Shown in pieces: positions 8,525 through 17,370 of a DNA stretch of 64,000 bases; the stretch's first letter is position 1, and the number at the start of each line of letters is the position of its first letter. A model generated the notes under the pieces. That model did not search any database. It was not told where the DNA came from and was given only the letters and a program-made list of their open reading frames with translations. The translations under genes were made by a program, and so were the position numbers. This stretch comes from a virus: IMG/VR virus record IMGVR_UViG_3300005530_000025, positions 4,179 through 68,178 of that record; one strand, 5' to 3'.

Positions 8525-8749
8525 CTAGGCGGTGCCGAATCGGTCGAACTCTCCCAGGCGGGCGCCGCCGACGAATGCCTGCCACTCGGCGGGAGTAAAC
8601 CGGAGGACCGGGCCGCTGCTGTCCTTGCTGTCGCGGACCCCGATCATGCCGTCTGCGAGGCTGGCCACCTCGACGCAGTTGCCGTTGGCGAGGCTCAGTG
8701 AGGACTTGATCCAGTCCGGGGATGAGGCGGTGCCGGCGCTTCTTCTCAT
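8525..8749 (-). CDS. DUF397 domain protein (BldB/Scr2-like family)
   Basis: Signature WIKSSLSLANGNCVEVA...IGVRDSKD..GPVLRFTPAEWQAFVGGARLGEF. Confidence 0.9.
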   Translation of the reverse strand: MRRSAGTASSPDWIKSSLSLANGNCVEVASLADGMIGVRDSKDSSGPVLRFTPAEWQAFVGGARLGEFDRFGTA

Positions 8750-8782
8750 GCCGCCCCACCTTAGCTGAGATTCCCGCATTAG

Positions 8783-8854
8783 CTGAGGGAGCGGGCTTCG
8801 ATCCCGCGTTGCCCGGGCCAAAACCGAGTGTCCTGCCAGCTAGACGACCCCTCA
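8783..8854 (-). tRNA. tRNA-Gln(TTG)
   Basis: CTCGG-TT TTG GC-CCGGG; U1:A72. Confidence 0.85.
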
Positions 8855-8859
8855 CCGAG

Positions 8860-8934
8860 GGCCCCCGGCCGGACTCGAACCGGCATCTCGACTGCTTACA
8901 GGGCAGTCCCTCTCGCCAGTTGAGGTACGGGGGC
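8860..8934 (-). tRNA. tRNA-Thr(TGT), C33
   Basis: ACTGC-CC TGT AA-GCAGT. Confidence 0.8.
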
Positions 8935-8973
8935 AGGCCCCGGGCGCCTCCGCGGAGCCGGCATCCCGGGGTT

Positions 8974-9048
8974 GCAGGGCGCTCTGCACGCTGAGCTACC
9001 GGGCCGTGTTCCGCGGCCGGGCGGGACTCGAACCCGCGACCTCCCCGC
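8974..9048 (-). ncRNA. Permuted tRNA-like RNA 2
   Basis: Order: GCGGGG, AGGTC, T arm, CCGGCC, linker GCGGAACAC, GGCCCGG, TA, D arm GCTC-AGCGTGCA-GAGC, G, CCCTGC. Confidence 0.75.
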
Positions 9049-9050
9049 CG

Positions 9051-9134
9051 TGTCCGAGGCGGGACTTGAACCCGCACGCCCTGAGCGGGCACCAGCACCT
9101 CAAGCTGGCGCGTCTGCCGTTCCGCCACCCGGAC
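9051..9134 (-). tRNA. tRNA-Leu(GAG)
   Basis: CCAGC-TT GAG GT-GCTGG. Confidence 0.9.
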
Positions 9135-9303
9135 TGGTGGCCCCGGCCGTGCCCCGTAACAGTAGGCGCGGATGGGACCAGTATGCGTCAGCCAGGTCCA
9201 GAGCCATGACGGGGGCGGGCTCGGCGTTCACGTGGTAGCCCCTTAGCCCGCTACGTGTGCAGGTGTCCAGTACTGCTGGTCCATCTGGTCCTCTGGCTGC
9301 CAG

Positions 9304-9377
9304 AGCCTCCTCGCGGTATCGAACCGCGGGCCTCCGCTTTACGGGAGCGGCGCTCTAACCAGCTGAGCTAAGGAGGC
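9304..9377 (-). tRNA. tRNA-Thr(CGT), C33
   Basis: CCGCT-CC CGT AA-AGCGG. Confidence 0.88.
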
Positions 9378-9480
9378 GTGATCGTGCCGGGCCGCCGCCA
9401 TAAAGGCGGGCTTCGATACCAGGCCGGACGGTGGCGAGCCGCCGGCCGGGCACTCGGGAGGGGCCACCTCCACCCAGCTG

Positions 9481-9556
9481 CTGACCACCCTGGACTCGAA
9501 CCAGGACTATCTCCCGGTCCAGAGCCGGGCGGGTTTACCAATTCCCCCAGTGGTCA
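9481..9556 (-). tRNA. tRNA-Gln(CTG)
   Basis: CCCGG-CT CTG GA-CCGGG. Confidence 0.88.
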
Positions 9557-9625
9557 TAGTGGCGCGCGTTGCCCAGATCCAGTTAAAGGCTGGCCTGCTC
9601 CTACGCGCAATCGCCGGACACCTTG

Positions 9626-9699
9626 TGGGCGAGGCGGGGATCGAACCCGCACTGAAGCGCTTTTGGGGCGCTGCCTCTGCCGGTTGGAGCTACTCGCCC
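9626..9699 (-). tRNA. tRNA-Leu(CAA), short variable region, C33
   Basis: AGCGC-CC CAA AA-GCGCT; variable region only TCAGT. Confidence 0.75.
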
Positions 9700-9701
9700 G
9701 C

Positions 9702-9826
9702 GAGGAGCCGGGACGATCTTCAGGGGGTACGGCGCATCCTGGTCTCCCAGGTAGCCCTATCCGCCCGGCGCCACCCGGGCGAGCCGCTGACTTGGGTTCT
9801 TACCCTGAAGGCCGTCCCGGCCCCTC
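9702..9826 (-). ncRNA. Candidate structured ncRNA with ~24-bp terminal stem
   Basis: GAGGGGCCGGGACGGCCTTCAGGG pairs with CCCTGAAGATCGTCCCGGCTCCTC; begins just after the promoter at 9834-9861. Confidence 0.5.
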
Positions 9827-9833
9827 ACGAAGT

Positions 9834-9861
9834 ACATTACAGCTTTTCCTGCTAATGTCAA
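9834..9861 (-). promoter_or_regulatory. Internal promoter of the tRNA array (repeated promoter/operator family)
   Basis: TTGACA-TTAGCAGGAAAAGCTG-TAATGT. Confidence 0.7.
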
Positions 9862-9862
9862 G

Positions 9863-9938
9863 TACCCCGCCCGGGATTCGAACCCGGGACACGCGGATTA
9901 AGAGTCCGCTGCTCTGAACCAGGCTGAGCTAGCGGGGT
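9863..9938 (-). tRNA. tRNA-Lys(CTT)
   Basis: GCGGA-CT CTT AA-TCCGC. Confidence 0.9.
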
Positions 9939-9957
9939 AAGGCGGCCGGAGCCGCAG

Positions 9958-10030
<73 letters not shown>

Positions 10031-10196
10031 AGGCGCCACACTGACGCAGTGGCCGCGCGAGCTGGTGCCAGCTCGTAGGCACGAGACCAGGACATGTGCA
10101 CCCGCCCTGGCTTACCGCCCGGGAGCGACCCTGGCGGCCGACTCGGCTACCCCAACCAGGGGAACGCCCTGGCGGCACCTCGCCGTCGTGCCATCG

Positions 10197-10257
10197 CGCA
10201 GCCCCGGGAGTCGAACCCAGCCATCCGGTCAGGACGTGGCCACCACGGCCAGCCGCC
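10197..10257 (-). ncRNA. Miniaturised tRNA-like element
   Basis: GCGGCT/GGCTGC stem, GGCC-GTGGT-GGCC, CGTCC-TGACC-GGATG, T arm with TTCGACT loop. Confidence 0.4.
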
Positions 10258-10333
10258 TTTATCCAGGGAGCGTCACCCGGCCGGCCAGGCCGCCATTGCC
10301 CTGGATGCCAGGCCCGTCGATCGCCGGGCCGAG

Positions 10334-10423
10334 TGGGGCACCGGGAATCGAACCCGGTCATCCAGGCTGAACGCGCCATCGCGCGCCAGGTCCCCGGCCG
10401 ATCTGCCATTAAGGGTATGCCCC
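10334..10423 (-). ncRNA. tRNA-like element with extended, anticodon-less central arm
   Basis: GGGGCA/TGCCCC acceptor, T arm CCGGG-TTCGATT-CCCGG, central arm capped by CGCGC-GATG-GCGCG. Confidence 0.45.
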
Positions 10424-10474
10424 GCACGCAGGGTGCCCCCTGCGCTCCAGCAGGCCGCTGCGCAGACGGCCTCG

Positions 10475-10549
10475 TGGTCACTCTCCGGGTCGAACGGAGG
10501 ACCTCCCGGGTTTCAACCGGGCGCTCTTGCCAGCCTGAGCTAAGCGACC
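10475..10549 (-). tRNA. tRNA-Phe(GAA)
   Basis: CCCGG-TT GAA AC-CCGGG. Confidence 0.88.
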
Positions 10550-10557
10550 TTGATAGA

Positions 10558-10692
10558 GGCGGTGTCCTGCCAGTTGGACGACCAGGTACCAGCTAGTACT
10601 CGCCGGCTCCAGGGCTCCAGCTCCGGGTAGTACTCCCCTCGGCTGTCCTCCCGGACATAATCCTGGCCGGGATTCGGACCCGGATTTCCGCC
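10558..10692 (-). ncRNA. Permuted tRNA-like RNA 3 (long insert in acceptor linker)
   Basis: GGCGG, AAAT, T arm CCGGG-TCCGAAT-CCCGG, CCAGG, ~75-nt insert, CCTGG, TC, D arm GTCC-AACTGGCA-GGAC, A, CCGCC. Confidence 0.7.
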
Positions 10693-10695
10693 ATG

Positions 10696-10770
10696 TCGGG
10701 GTGGCCGGACTCGAACCGGCGACCTCATCGTCCCGAACGATGCGCGCTAGCCATGCTGCGCTACACCCCG
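10696..10770 (-). tRNA. tRNA-Pro(CGG)
   Basis: CATCG-TT CGG GA-CGATG. Confidence 0.9.
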
Positions 10771-10956
10771 TTGCGCCGGTATTTCCCCGGGCGGTCTGAT
10801 TGCGCAGCCGCTACCGGTTCACTCCCAATCGGCTAGACCGCCCCGGGCGCGGGCGGTCGGTCCCGTGCCGCGCGTACGTCGCGGTCGGGTGCCTGCACGA
10901 AACTGCCCCGCCGGGGTTTTCGCTGCCTCGTGCTATGGCCACGCCGGTCACTGCAT

Positions 10957-11026
10957 CCCTGGCGATACGGAATCGAACCGCGAGGTTCCCCTTGTGAGGG
11001 TCCTGGTCGCCAAGCCCTACCCAGGG
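10957..11026 (-). ncRNA. Degenerate tRNA-like element
   Basis: CCCTGG/CCAGGG ends, T arm GCGG-TTCGATT-CCGT, no canonical 7-nt anticodon loop. Confidence 0.35.
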
Positions 11027-11045
11027 CCGTGTGCCGGAAGTCTGA

Positions 11046-11113
11046 GGGGCGCTCTTGCCGTTGAGCTACCCAGCCGGTTAAGGCCGGGCCGGGACTCGAA
11101 CCCGGATCTCCCC
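11046..11113 (-). ncRNA. Permuted tRNA-like RNA 4
   Basis: GGGG, AGAT, T arm, CCCGGCC-TTAACC-GGCTGGG (7-bp closed acceptor), TA, D arm GCTC-AACGGCAA-GAGC, G, CCCC. Confidence 0.8.
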
Positions 11114-11116
11114 GGT

Positions 11117-11189
11117 GGCCTGCTCTGCCCGTTGAGCTACCGCACAGGAGCGACCTGAGCGGGCGGGATTCGAACCCGCATACCTGGCC
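11117..11189 (-). ncRNA. Permuted tRNA-like RNA 5
   Basis: GGCC, AGGTAT, T arm, CCGCTCAGG-TCGCT-CCTGTGCGG, TA, D arm GCTC-AACGGGCA-GAGC, A, GGCC. Confidence 0.8.
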
Positions 11190-11192
11190 TCG

Positions 11193-11266
11193 TCTGGATA
11201 GCAGGATTCGAACCTGCGGCCTCGTGCTCCCCGAGCACGCGCGCTGCCAAGCTGCGCCATATCCAG
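11193..11266 (-). tRNA. tRNA-Pro(GGG), C33
   Basis: CGTGC-TC GGG GA-GCACG. Confidence 0.88.
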
Positions 11267-11396
11267 ATGATGCGTGCCCTGGCGCCACCCCGGGAAGTCT
11301 GGGGACCGCTCCGGGTGTGGTGCCTGGGCTTCTGTCCCCGACCGGGCTATCCCAGTCCCGGTCAGGTTTCCTGGCGCCGCATCGCGCCTCGTCCTG

Positions 11397-11625
11397 GATG
11401 GTGCCGCCACTTCGGGCCGCAGTGCATCGCCCTGGTCGAGCTGCTCCGTGGACTTGACCACCAGGGCTGGCTCGTGCTCTGCGACCCTCCGCCAGGCCGG
11501 CCAAGGCCCGGTGCTCCCTGCCCCGCCCGGGGGGAGCACCCCTGGCTGGGTACCATGCCCCCAGGGACGCAGCCCGGGTGAGCAGGGACTAGCTCCGGGA
11601 GATCTCCCGAAGTGGCGGCACCATC
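11397..11625. repeat. 229-bp element bounded by a perfect 20-bp inverted repeat
   Basis: GATGGTGCCGCCACTTCGGG (11397-11416) / CCCGAAGTGGCGGCACCATC (11606-11625). Confidence 0.8.
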
Positions 11626-11717
11626 GTCAACGTCGCGCTCCCGGCCCGGTTAAGGACCAGGACTTTCCCCCGGTGGGCCCCTGGGGGTCGGGAGGCCGGC
11701 CCACGGCCTCACGCGAC

Positions 11718-11795
11718 TGGTCGGGGTGGCGGGATTCGGACCCGCGGCCTCCCGCTCCCAAAGCGGGCGCTCTTGCCTGGCTGAGCTACACCCTG
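11718..11795 (-). tRNA. tRNA-Pro(TGG)
   Basis: CCCGC-TT TGG GA-GCGGG; T loop TCCGAAT; CCA encoded. Confidence 0.88.
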
Positions 11796-12035
11796 TCAGG
11801 CCCCCCGGGGGGCCGGGTTGCCGCCCGGCCAGCTCCCTGAGTCGCCCTGGAGCCAGTCTCACGCACCGTGGCATCCGGGCGCGCTGGCTCCTGTCTCTGA
11901 AGTGGAGTGAGGGCGTTCCTGGCAGCTTGCTTCCGCGCAGGCGAGTGTGATTGCTCTCGGGGGTATTTATCCCCGTCTCCCATTGATCCGGCCGTGATCG
12001 CGGCCGGGGCGGTGATCAGCCGCCGCTCCCTCACG

Positions 12036-12108
12036 TGGACCATCCGGGAGTCGAACCCGGCGCCTCTCCCTTGCGAGGGGAGCGCTCTACCAGCTGAGCT
12101 AACGGCCC
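12036..12108 (-). tRNA. tRNA-Ala(CGC)
   Basis: CTCCC-CT CGC AA-GGGAG; G3:U70. Confidence 0.9.
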
Positions 12109-12272
12109 TTGCGCGGGTGACCGGTCCCGCAGGCGTATCGCGTCTGGCATCCGGCTGGCAAGCCGGCCAGTGTCCGCCACTACCTGCGGCCGTGAGGGGG
12201 CAACCCTGCCTATGCCTGATCCCTCATTTATCTCGCTGCCGTCCCGGTGCCACCCGGGCCGGCGCGAGCCTG

Positions 12273-12346
12273 TGGAGCCTGCGGGAGTCGAACCCGCGAC
12301 CTCTTGTCTGCCGAGCAAGTGCTCTACCGAGCTGAGCTAAGGCCCC
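12273..12346 (-). tRNA. tRNA-Ala(GGC), C33
   Basis: Loop TC GGC AG; G3:U70. Confidence 0.85.
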
Positions 12347-12618
12347 GCGGCACCGATGTGCTGCCGCCACCCTGGCCGAGGCCAGGGCCGCCACCCCTGC
12401 GGTGCGATGCGATCCCGGCGGTCAGGCCGGGACGGCGGCGGCACGGTGCTTGCCACTGGCGCGGCCTGAGCCGCGCACTCGGCATCTTCGGGCGGCCGGG
12501 CCTCGGGTGGACGATTGGCATTCGTCCGGCCGGGCCGCCTCATGTTCACCGCTATTGAGCTGTCAATTTACGAGCCGGTTGCCCCGCCGCGGCTCTCGCC
12601 TTGGCCTGGGTGGCTGCG

Positions 12619-12691
12619 CAGGGACCGTAGGAATTGAACCCACATTTCGCTCGGGTTGGAGCCGAGCCGCCTACCCTCTGGCTGATCCCCT
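12619..12691 (-). tRNA. tRNA-Trp(CCA)
   Basis: CTCGG-CT CCA AC-CCGAG; imperfect acceptor stem. Confidence 0.75.
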
Positions 12692-12888
12692 CGGTGTTCA
12701 GTTGTCCCGGATATGACCGGAGCCGCCGGCAGGTCTCCCTGCGGGCGGCTCCTGGGTCCAGGTCCGGGTGGTCCTTACCCAGGGTGCCGCTGCTTCCCCT
12801 GCTCAGGCAGGCAGAAGACGATGGCGTCATGCGCCATCGGCCAGGCTGCCAGCCTGGGTGAGGTATTGCTGCGGTACGTCATGGCTCC

Positions 12889-12944
12889 ATGGTAGCTGCC
12901 CGGCGGGACGCGGGGCAAGGGTTTTATGAACTTTTCTTGCTAAT
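12889..12944 (-). promoter_or_regulatory. Putative main promoter of the tRNA array with upstream operator-like motif
   Basis: TTGCCC-N18-TACCAT preceded by ATTAGCAAGAAAAG. Confidence 0.45.
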
Positions 12945-12992
12945 GGCGCTGACCTGGGCCGGGATCCTCGCTAAGTGCCCCGGCCCGGTCTC

Positions 12993-13235
12993 TCAGACCG
13001 CCTGCGGGCCTGCCTGCCGCTCGTAGAACCGCTCGGGATCCTGGCCCAGCAGCGCCAGCACCTGGCTCTCCCGGTACCGGCGGTGGCCGCCCAGCGTCCG
13101 GATGGCAGTAAGCCGCCCGGACTTCGCCCACCGGGTCACCGTCTTGGGGTCCACCCGGAACATCGAGGCGACCTCCTTGGGGGTGAGGAGCTTCTCGTCC
13201 CGGGCGGCCTCGGCCGCGGGCGACAGCTGGTTCAT
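12993..13235 (-). CDS. bldC: BldC-family MerR-like DNA-binding protein
   Basis: LLTPKEVASMFRVDPKTVTRWAKSGRLTAIRTLGGHRRYRESQVLALL closely matches the actinomycete BldC core. Confidence 0.88.
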   Translation of the reverse strand: MNQLSPAAEAARDEKLLTPKEVASMFRVDPKTVTRWAKSGRLTAIRTLGGHRRYRESQVLALLGQDPERFYERQAGPQAV

Positions 13236-13532
13236 GGGTGCACTGCCCTTCTCTGAACTGGAATGGACGAGTGCGGGCGGGGTGGCAATGATATGACCCT
13301 CCCGGTCCAGCCCAGAGGGTCATTGCCCAGGGTGGCCGGGAAAGCCTGATCTTGTCCCCGTCTCGCTCTCCTGAGCGGGGCAGGAGAGCATGAGCCTGCC
13401 GGGTCAGGAGCTTCATCTGGTGCTGTTGATGTCCGGAGAGTCCGGTGAGCCAACAATATGGCAAGGAACCCTGTATCTCAACCTGGGACGGGCCGGGCAT
13501 CGATCAGAAGACGCCCGGCACCCGGGCAAGGT

Positions 13533-13820
13533 TTACGTACCGGGCGGCGGACGGAAGCGACCGGGTCCGCGGATCTCTGGACGGGCAGGCGGCCCGGGCG
13601 GGACCGGGACAGGGTCATCGATGTTCATCCAGCCGGGAACATCCCCTCCGGGGTAGTCCCCGGGGTAGTCCGGAAGCTGGCGGATCTCGACGCCCAGGAC
13701 CCCGTCCGGGGTCTCGAACACCCTCGGCACCACGTACTCGGCCGAGACGCGGCCATCGGCATAGGTGAACCTGGCCACCGCGGTCCGGGGAACTGAGCCT
13801 AGATCGTACCTGCGTCCCAC
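13533..13820 (-). CDS. Hypothetical protein
   Basis: AGGAGGG upstream; non-shadow composition. Confidence 0.5.
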   Translation of the reverse strand: MGRRYDLGSVPRTAVARFTYADGRVSAEYVVPRVFETPDGVLGVEIRQLPDYPGDYPGGDVPGWMNIDDPVPVPPGPPARPEIRGPGRFRPPPGT

Positions 13821-13874
13821 CGGGGACTCCCTCCTGGAGTGATTGCAGCTCAGAAAACGGGTATATCGGGCCTG

Positions 13875-14346
13875 CCGTGCACATCAGGCCGGTCCCGTGC
13901 ACATCGACGTGCACATTTTGTGCAGATCAGGTTTTCGAATACTGGCCTCTGATCAGGGATGTGTGCACATGTGCACATCGGAACGCGATTTTCGGGGTTT
14001 TTGCTCAGCGCCATGATCATCTTCCGGGAGGGGCCTCAGCCGGCCGCCCGCGTAGGGATCACACGTAGTAGTCATCTGATTACATGATCTTGGCTCGCGT
14101 GAGCAAACTCGCCAAAAACAGCGATTCGAACTGCACATGTGCACACATCCCAGGTCAGCGGCCTGTATTCGAAAACCGGATGTGCACACAAATGTGCACG
14201 GCGATGTGCACGCTCCTCGACATGTGCACGGATCGGCCGCGAGGCACCCCCTAGTAACCTGTATACATTAGTTCATAAGTTCTTTAATTATTATTATAGA
14301 CTCAAAAAGATTTTAATAGTTAGAAGTTAGTAGTTATAGGCCTTAA
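13875..14346. repeat. Origin-like region: ~100-bp imperfect inverted repeat with 10 GTGCAC sites plus AT-rich tract
   Basis: Arms 13875-13975 and 14132-14231; AT-rich 14252-14346; no credible CDS. Confidence 0.75.
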
Positions 14347-14432
14347 CCGGGAATACCACGCACAACCGGACTAAGGGCCAAGTTACCCTCCAGTAACATG
14401 CACGCCGCCCTCCGGGCAGCCATACTCCTCGC

Positions 14433-14792
14433 ATGGGCAGCACCCGATTCACCTTCCGGATGAACCCGGAGGCGTTCGAGGCACTGGACCCGCTGGCCGC
14501 CCAGGCGCTGGAAGGCGATCAGGTCCCGGTCCGGTGGGGAGCCGGGAACCAGGTGTCCGGGGCGCTGATCGAGCGGGTCGAGGTGTCGGCAGGCGAGTGC
14601 CTGGTGACCATGCTGATCGACGAGGAGCTGCCCGGGCCGGACGAGATGCTGGTGCCCTGCTGCGCCGAGGGAGCCTGCTGCTGCCCGGGGCGCGGTCCCT
14701 GCCGGTGCTCGCACCTCAGCCGATCTTGCTCTCCAGTGCCCGCTGCCGCACCCGGGCAGCCCTTTCCTGATCCACGTCCCGGGCCTGCCTGA
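14433..14792 (+). CDS. Hypothetical protein, Cys-rich C-terminus
   Basis: Plausible composition; converges on and overlaps next gene. Confidence 0.45.
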   Translation: MGSTRFTFRMNPEAFEALDPLAAQALEGDQVPVRWGAGNQVSGALIERVEVSAGECLVTMLIDEELPGPDEMLVPCCAEGACCCPGRGPCRCSHLSRSCSPVPAAAPGQPFPDPRPGPA

Positions 14793-15372
14793 TCTGCTGG
14801 AGCGCCTCCCGGACCCGGGCCCGGATCAGGTCCTCCTGAAGCGGCCACGACGGGATGAAGTCAGCCCAGCCGCGCAGCGCCGCCCCGTCCACCGTCCGGT
14901 AGGTGCGCTCGACCAGCAGGATGGTGATCCCGAACATCGTGATCTCGCCCGCCCCGGTGAGCATGCGCATCTCAACCCAGTAGCCGATGTCCAGGCCGTC
15001 GCCGGGCTGCCAGCTGGCCTCCAGGGCAACCCAGGTGCTCACCTGGTCCCGCATGTCGTGGGTGATCCCCATGCCCGGAGCATAGGCCGCGGGCGCCTGC
15101 TCTGCCCGCCTGGGCCGGGATTGCATACTACTGACCGGTAAGAACGAGACCCGCTCGATCTCGATCAGGCCGTCGCTCTCCCGCGACAGCAGCGCGTCCA
15201 TGAAGCCCGCCGGGAACGCCCCGGCCGTGATGACCAGGATCACCTTCCCGCGCAGGCCGTTCAGGTGCCGGGGCTCCCAGATCCGGGTAGTGAACCGGGA
15301 GTCGATCCCCTCGCGCATGCAGTAGCGCTCGTGGTCCCGCCAGGTCGGGCAGGCGACAGGAGGGCCGGTCAC
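14716..15372 (-). CDS. Hypothetical protein
   Basis: 218 aa; overlaps the stop of the upstream small ORF. Confidence 0.55.
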   Translation of the reverse strand: MTGPPVACPTWRDHERYCMREGIDSRFTTRIWEPRHLNGLRGKVILVITAGAFPAGFMDALLSRESDGLIEIERVSFLPVSSMQSRPRRAEQAPAAYAPGMGITHDMRDQVSTWVALEASWQPGDGLDIGYWVEMRMLTGAGEITMFGITILLVERTYRTVDGAALRGWADFIPSWPLQEDLIRARVREALQQIRQARDVDQERAARVRQRALESKIG

Positions 15373-15614
15373 AGCTTCTCCGCGGCGCGCTCCAGCCGGG
15401 CGAGGAGAGCCTCTACATCCGGATCGCCCCAGAACTGCTCAGCGGAGATGCCAGGCTGATCATCGGTCACCACAGGGCTCCTTCGGGAGGAGATGGTCAG
15501 TTCCGGGGGAGTCCAGAGCGACATGATCTTGCCACGCCGCCTGCATGGCAAGGAAAATACCAGGAGCCCCGCGGCCTTGTGTCGCAGGCTGCGGGGCTCT
15601 TACCGGCCAGTAGC

Positions 15615-15896
15615 TCAGCGGGCGGGCGGATGCCAGTGGTGCAGGCTCTCGGAGTGCCTTCCGTCGGCCAGGGCCTGCATGTAGGCCTGCTCGACATGCT
15701 CGGGCATCGGGTCCGGGTGCATCAGCCGGATCCCGTCGGAGCTGTTCCACCGGTAATGCTCCAGTGAGGCCCAGTCCCGCTCGGCCAGCCGCTCATCCAG
15801 CCAGCGGCGCTCAGCTCGCCGGTCCCAGCGGCCGGCCAGCCACCATGCGATGGCGAAGCCGGCCGCCAGGGACCCGACGATGATCAGCCTGGTCAC
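15615..15896 (-). CDS. Small membrane-anchored protein
   Basis: N-terminal TM segment; 4-nt overlap with VWA gene. Confidence 0.6.
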   Translation of the reverse strand: MTRLIIVGSLAAGFAIAWWLAGRWDRRAERRWLDERLAERDWASLEHYRWNSSDGIRLMHPDPMPEHVEQAYMQALADGRHSESLHHWHPPAR

Positions 15897-16921
15897 TTCA
15901 GGATCAGCGCCGTGGTCCCGCCGATCATCTTGCGGTTCACCGAGGTGGACTGGATGAAGATCCTCGTGCCCGGCTGCGTGGTCGGGGAGACCTTCGCGTC
16001 GAACTCGGGCAGGCCCAGGAGCTGGCGCGCGGCCGGGCCGGTGTAGACCGCCCCGTCGGAGCTGGTCTGCACCATCACGTCCTTGTAGTTCTGGATCGTG
16101 ACCGGCTTGGTCAGCTGGTAGAAGACTGAGCCCTTGCGGTACGGGCGGCCGGTGACCAGCGCGGCGAACTCGTTGACCGGCATGTCGTAGGGCACGTCGG
16201 CCAGGTCGTAGCGGATGTGCGGCAGCGGGTCCAGCGCCGCCGCCGCGGCCTGGGGCGTGACCTGGGCCACGGTGAAGATGCTCCGGCTGCCGCGCACGCC
16301 GCGGGTCCGGGCCTCCATGAAATCCTGGGAGACCTGGCGGATCTTGGTGCCGACCTCGCGGAAGCCGTGCTCGCTAGTCGTGTCCCACTTGTCGATGTTC
16401 CCGGCCGGGAAGCCGCACTTCTTGGCGTAGGTGACGCCCATCGAGTCGGGAACGAAGGCGGCCACCGTCCAGTGATCCGGCAGGCCGGTAATGCGCCGCT
16501 CCAGGTCCAGGGCGCAGAACCGGCGCGAGGTGTTCTCCTGGCCGTCGGTGATGACGAAGACCACGAAGGAATGCTCGCCGTAGCGCTCGGGCGTCTCGGC
16601 CAGCTCGTCGATCGCCTGGTGGGCCGCGTCGATGAGCGGGGTCATGGCCACGGGCCGGTACCGGCCGGAGATCGACGGCCGGCGGAGTGCGTCCATGTCG
16701 TAGAACAGGCAGCGGACGCCGTCGCTGGAGTCGAAGGTGTAGACCGTGATCCGGGTCTCCTGGCTCATCTCCTCGGACCGGACGGCCATGTCGGCCACGA
16801 AGTTGTCCACCACCTGGACGACGGCGCGCTGGTGGCGCCGCATCGAGGAGGACTGGTCCACGACCAGCACGAAGTGGTTGATGCGGTTGGCCGGCTCGGC
16901 GGCCTGATCTCGCCCGTACAT
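15893..16921 (-). CDS. VWA domain protein
   Basis: MIDAS motif VVDQSSSM, MTPLIDA, VITDGQENTS. Confidence 0.85.
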   Translation of the reverse strand: MYGRDQAAEPANRINHFVLVVDQSSSMRRHQRAVVQVVDNFVADMAVRSEEMSQETRITVYTFDSSDGVRCLFYDMDALRRPSISGRYRPVAMTPLIDAAHQAIDELAETPERYGEHSFVVFVITDGQENTSRRFCALDLERRITGLPDHWTVAAFVPDSMGVTYAKKCGFPAGNIDKWDTTSEHGFREVGTKIRQVSQDFMEARTRGVRGSRSIFTVAQVTPQAAAAALDPLPHIRYDLADVPYDMPVNEFAALVTGRPYRKGSVFYQLTKPVTIQNYKDVMVQTSSDGAVYTGPAARQLLGLPEFDAKVSPTTQPGTRIFIQSTSVNRKMIGGTTALILK

Positions 16922-16991
16922 GGACCCTCCCGGGAGTCTGGGTTATCAAGATAAATTGTATCGAGAGGGTCTGACATTCCCGGGCATGACA

Positions 16992-17029
16992 GAGGGCCCG
17001 CAGCCAACCCCGGAAGGCCGCGGGCCCTC
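16992..17029. terminator. GC-rich hairpin, possible terminator
   Basis: GAGGGCCCGC/GCGGGCCCTC 10-bp stem. Confidence 0.4.
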
Positions 17030-17044
17030 GCACCCCTTCTGTGC

Positions 17045-17263
17045 TCAGGTTGCGCGCAGCTCGTAGCGATCGGTCCCCCCGTTGCCCGTGTGCTGGACGC
17101 AGGAGATCCGGTTCCGGCGCAGCAGGCCATGAAACGCCACCTGAGCCTGGCTGCGGCTGAGCCCGGTCCCGGACGCCGCCTCGCGCAGCCGGAAGGGACC
17201 CGTTCCGCGCTGGCGCATCCAGGTGAGCAGCCGGTCCTCGCTGGTCGGGTCTTCAGGAGCCAC
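17045..17263 (-). CDS. Small winged-HTH-like protein
   Basis: FRLREAASGTGLSRSQAQVAFHGLL...I...Y pattern; GGAGG RBS. Confidence 0.5.
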   Translation of the reverse strand: MAPEDPTSEDRLLTWMRQRGTGPFRLREAASGTGLSRSQAQVAFHGLLRRNRISCVQHTGNGGTDRYELRAT

Positions 17264-17370
17264 GACAGGAACCTCCGCTTACGGAAGGGCCGGGTTTTTA
17301 TGCGGCACGGGAAAGCCGAACACGCCCCCACCGGAGCGAGAGCGTGTTCGAAAACTGCTTCTGACCTGCG

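Noticed and set aside
9135-9300. tmRNA or 6S-like RNA (minus strand ends GGGGCCACCA, internal long stem)
   Set aside because: No T arm before the CCA-like end and no tag reading frame. Structure is possible but cannot be assigned.
10957-11026. tRNA-Sec (TCA triplet present)
   Set aside because: TCA is not centred in a 7-nt loop on a paired stem, and there is no long variable arm.
13875-14231. CRISPR array
   Set aside because: Repeats are short, irregularly spaced and inverted; there are no unique constant-length spacers or cas genes.
15893-16921. VWA protein as the Ro60/Rsr partner of the permuted RNAs
   Set aside because: VWA is N-terminal and no TROVE helical ring precedes it; the protein is too short for Ro60.
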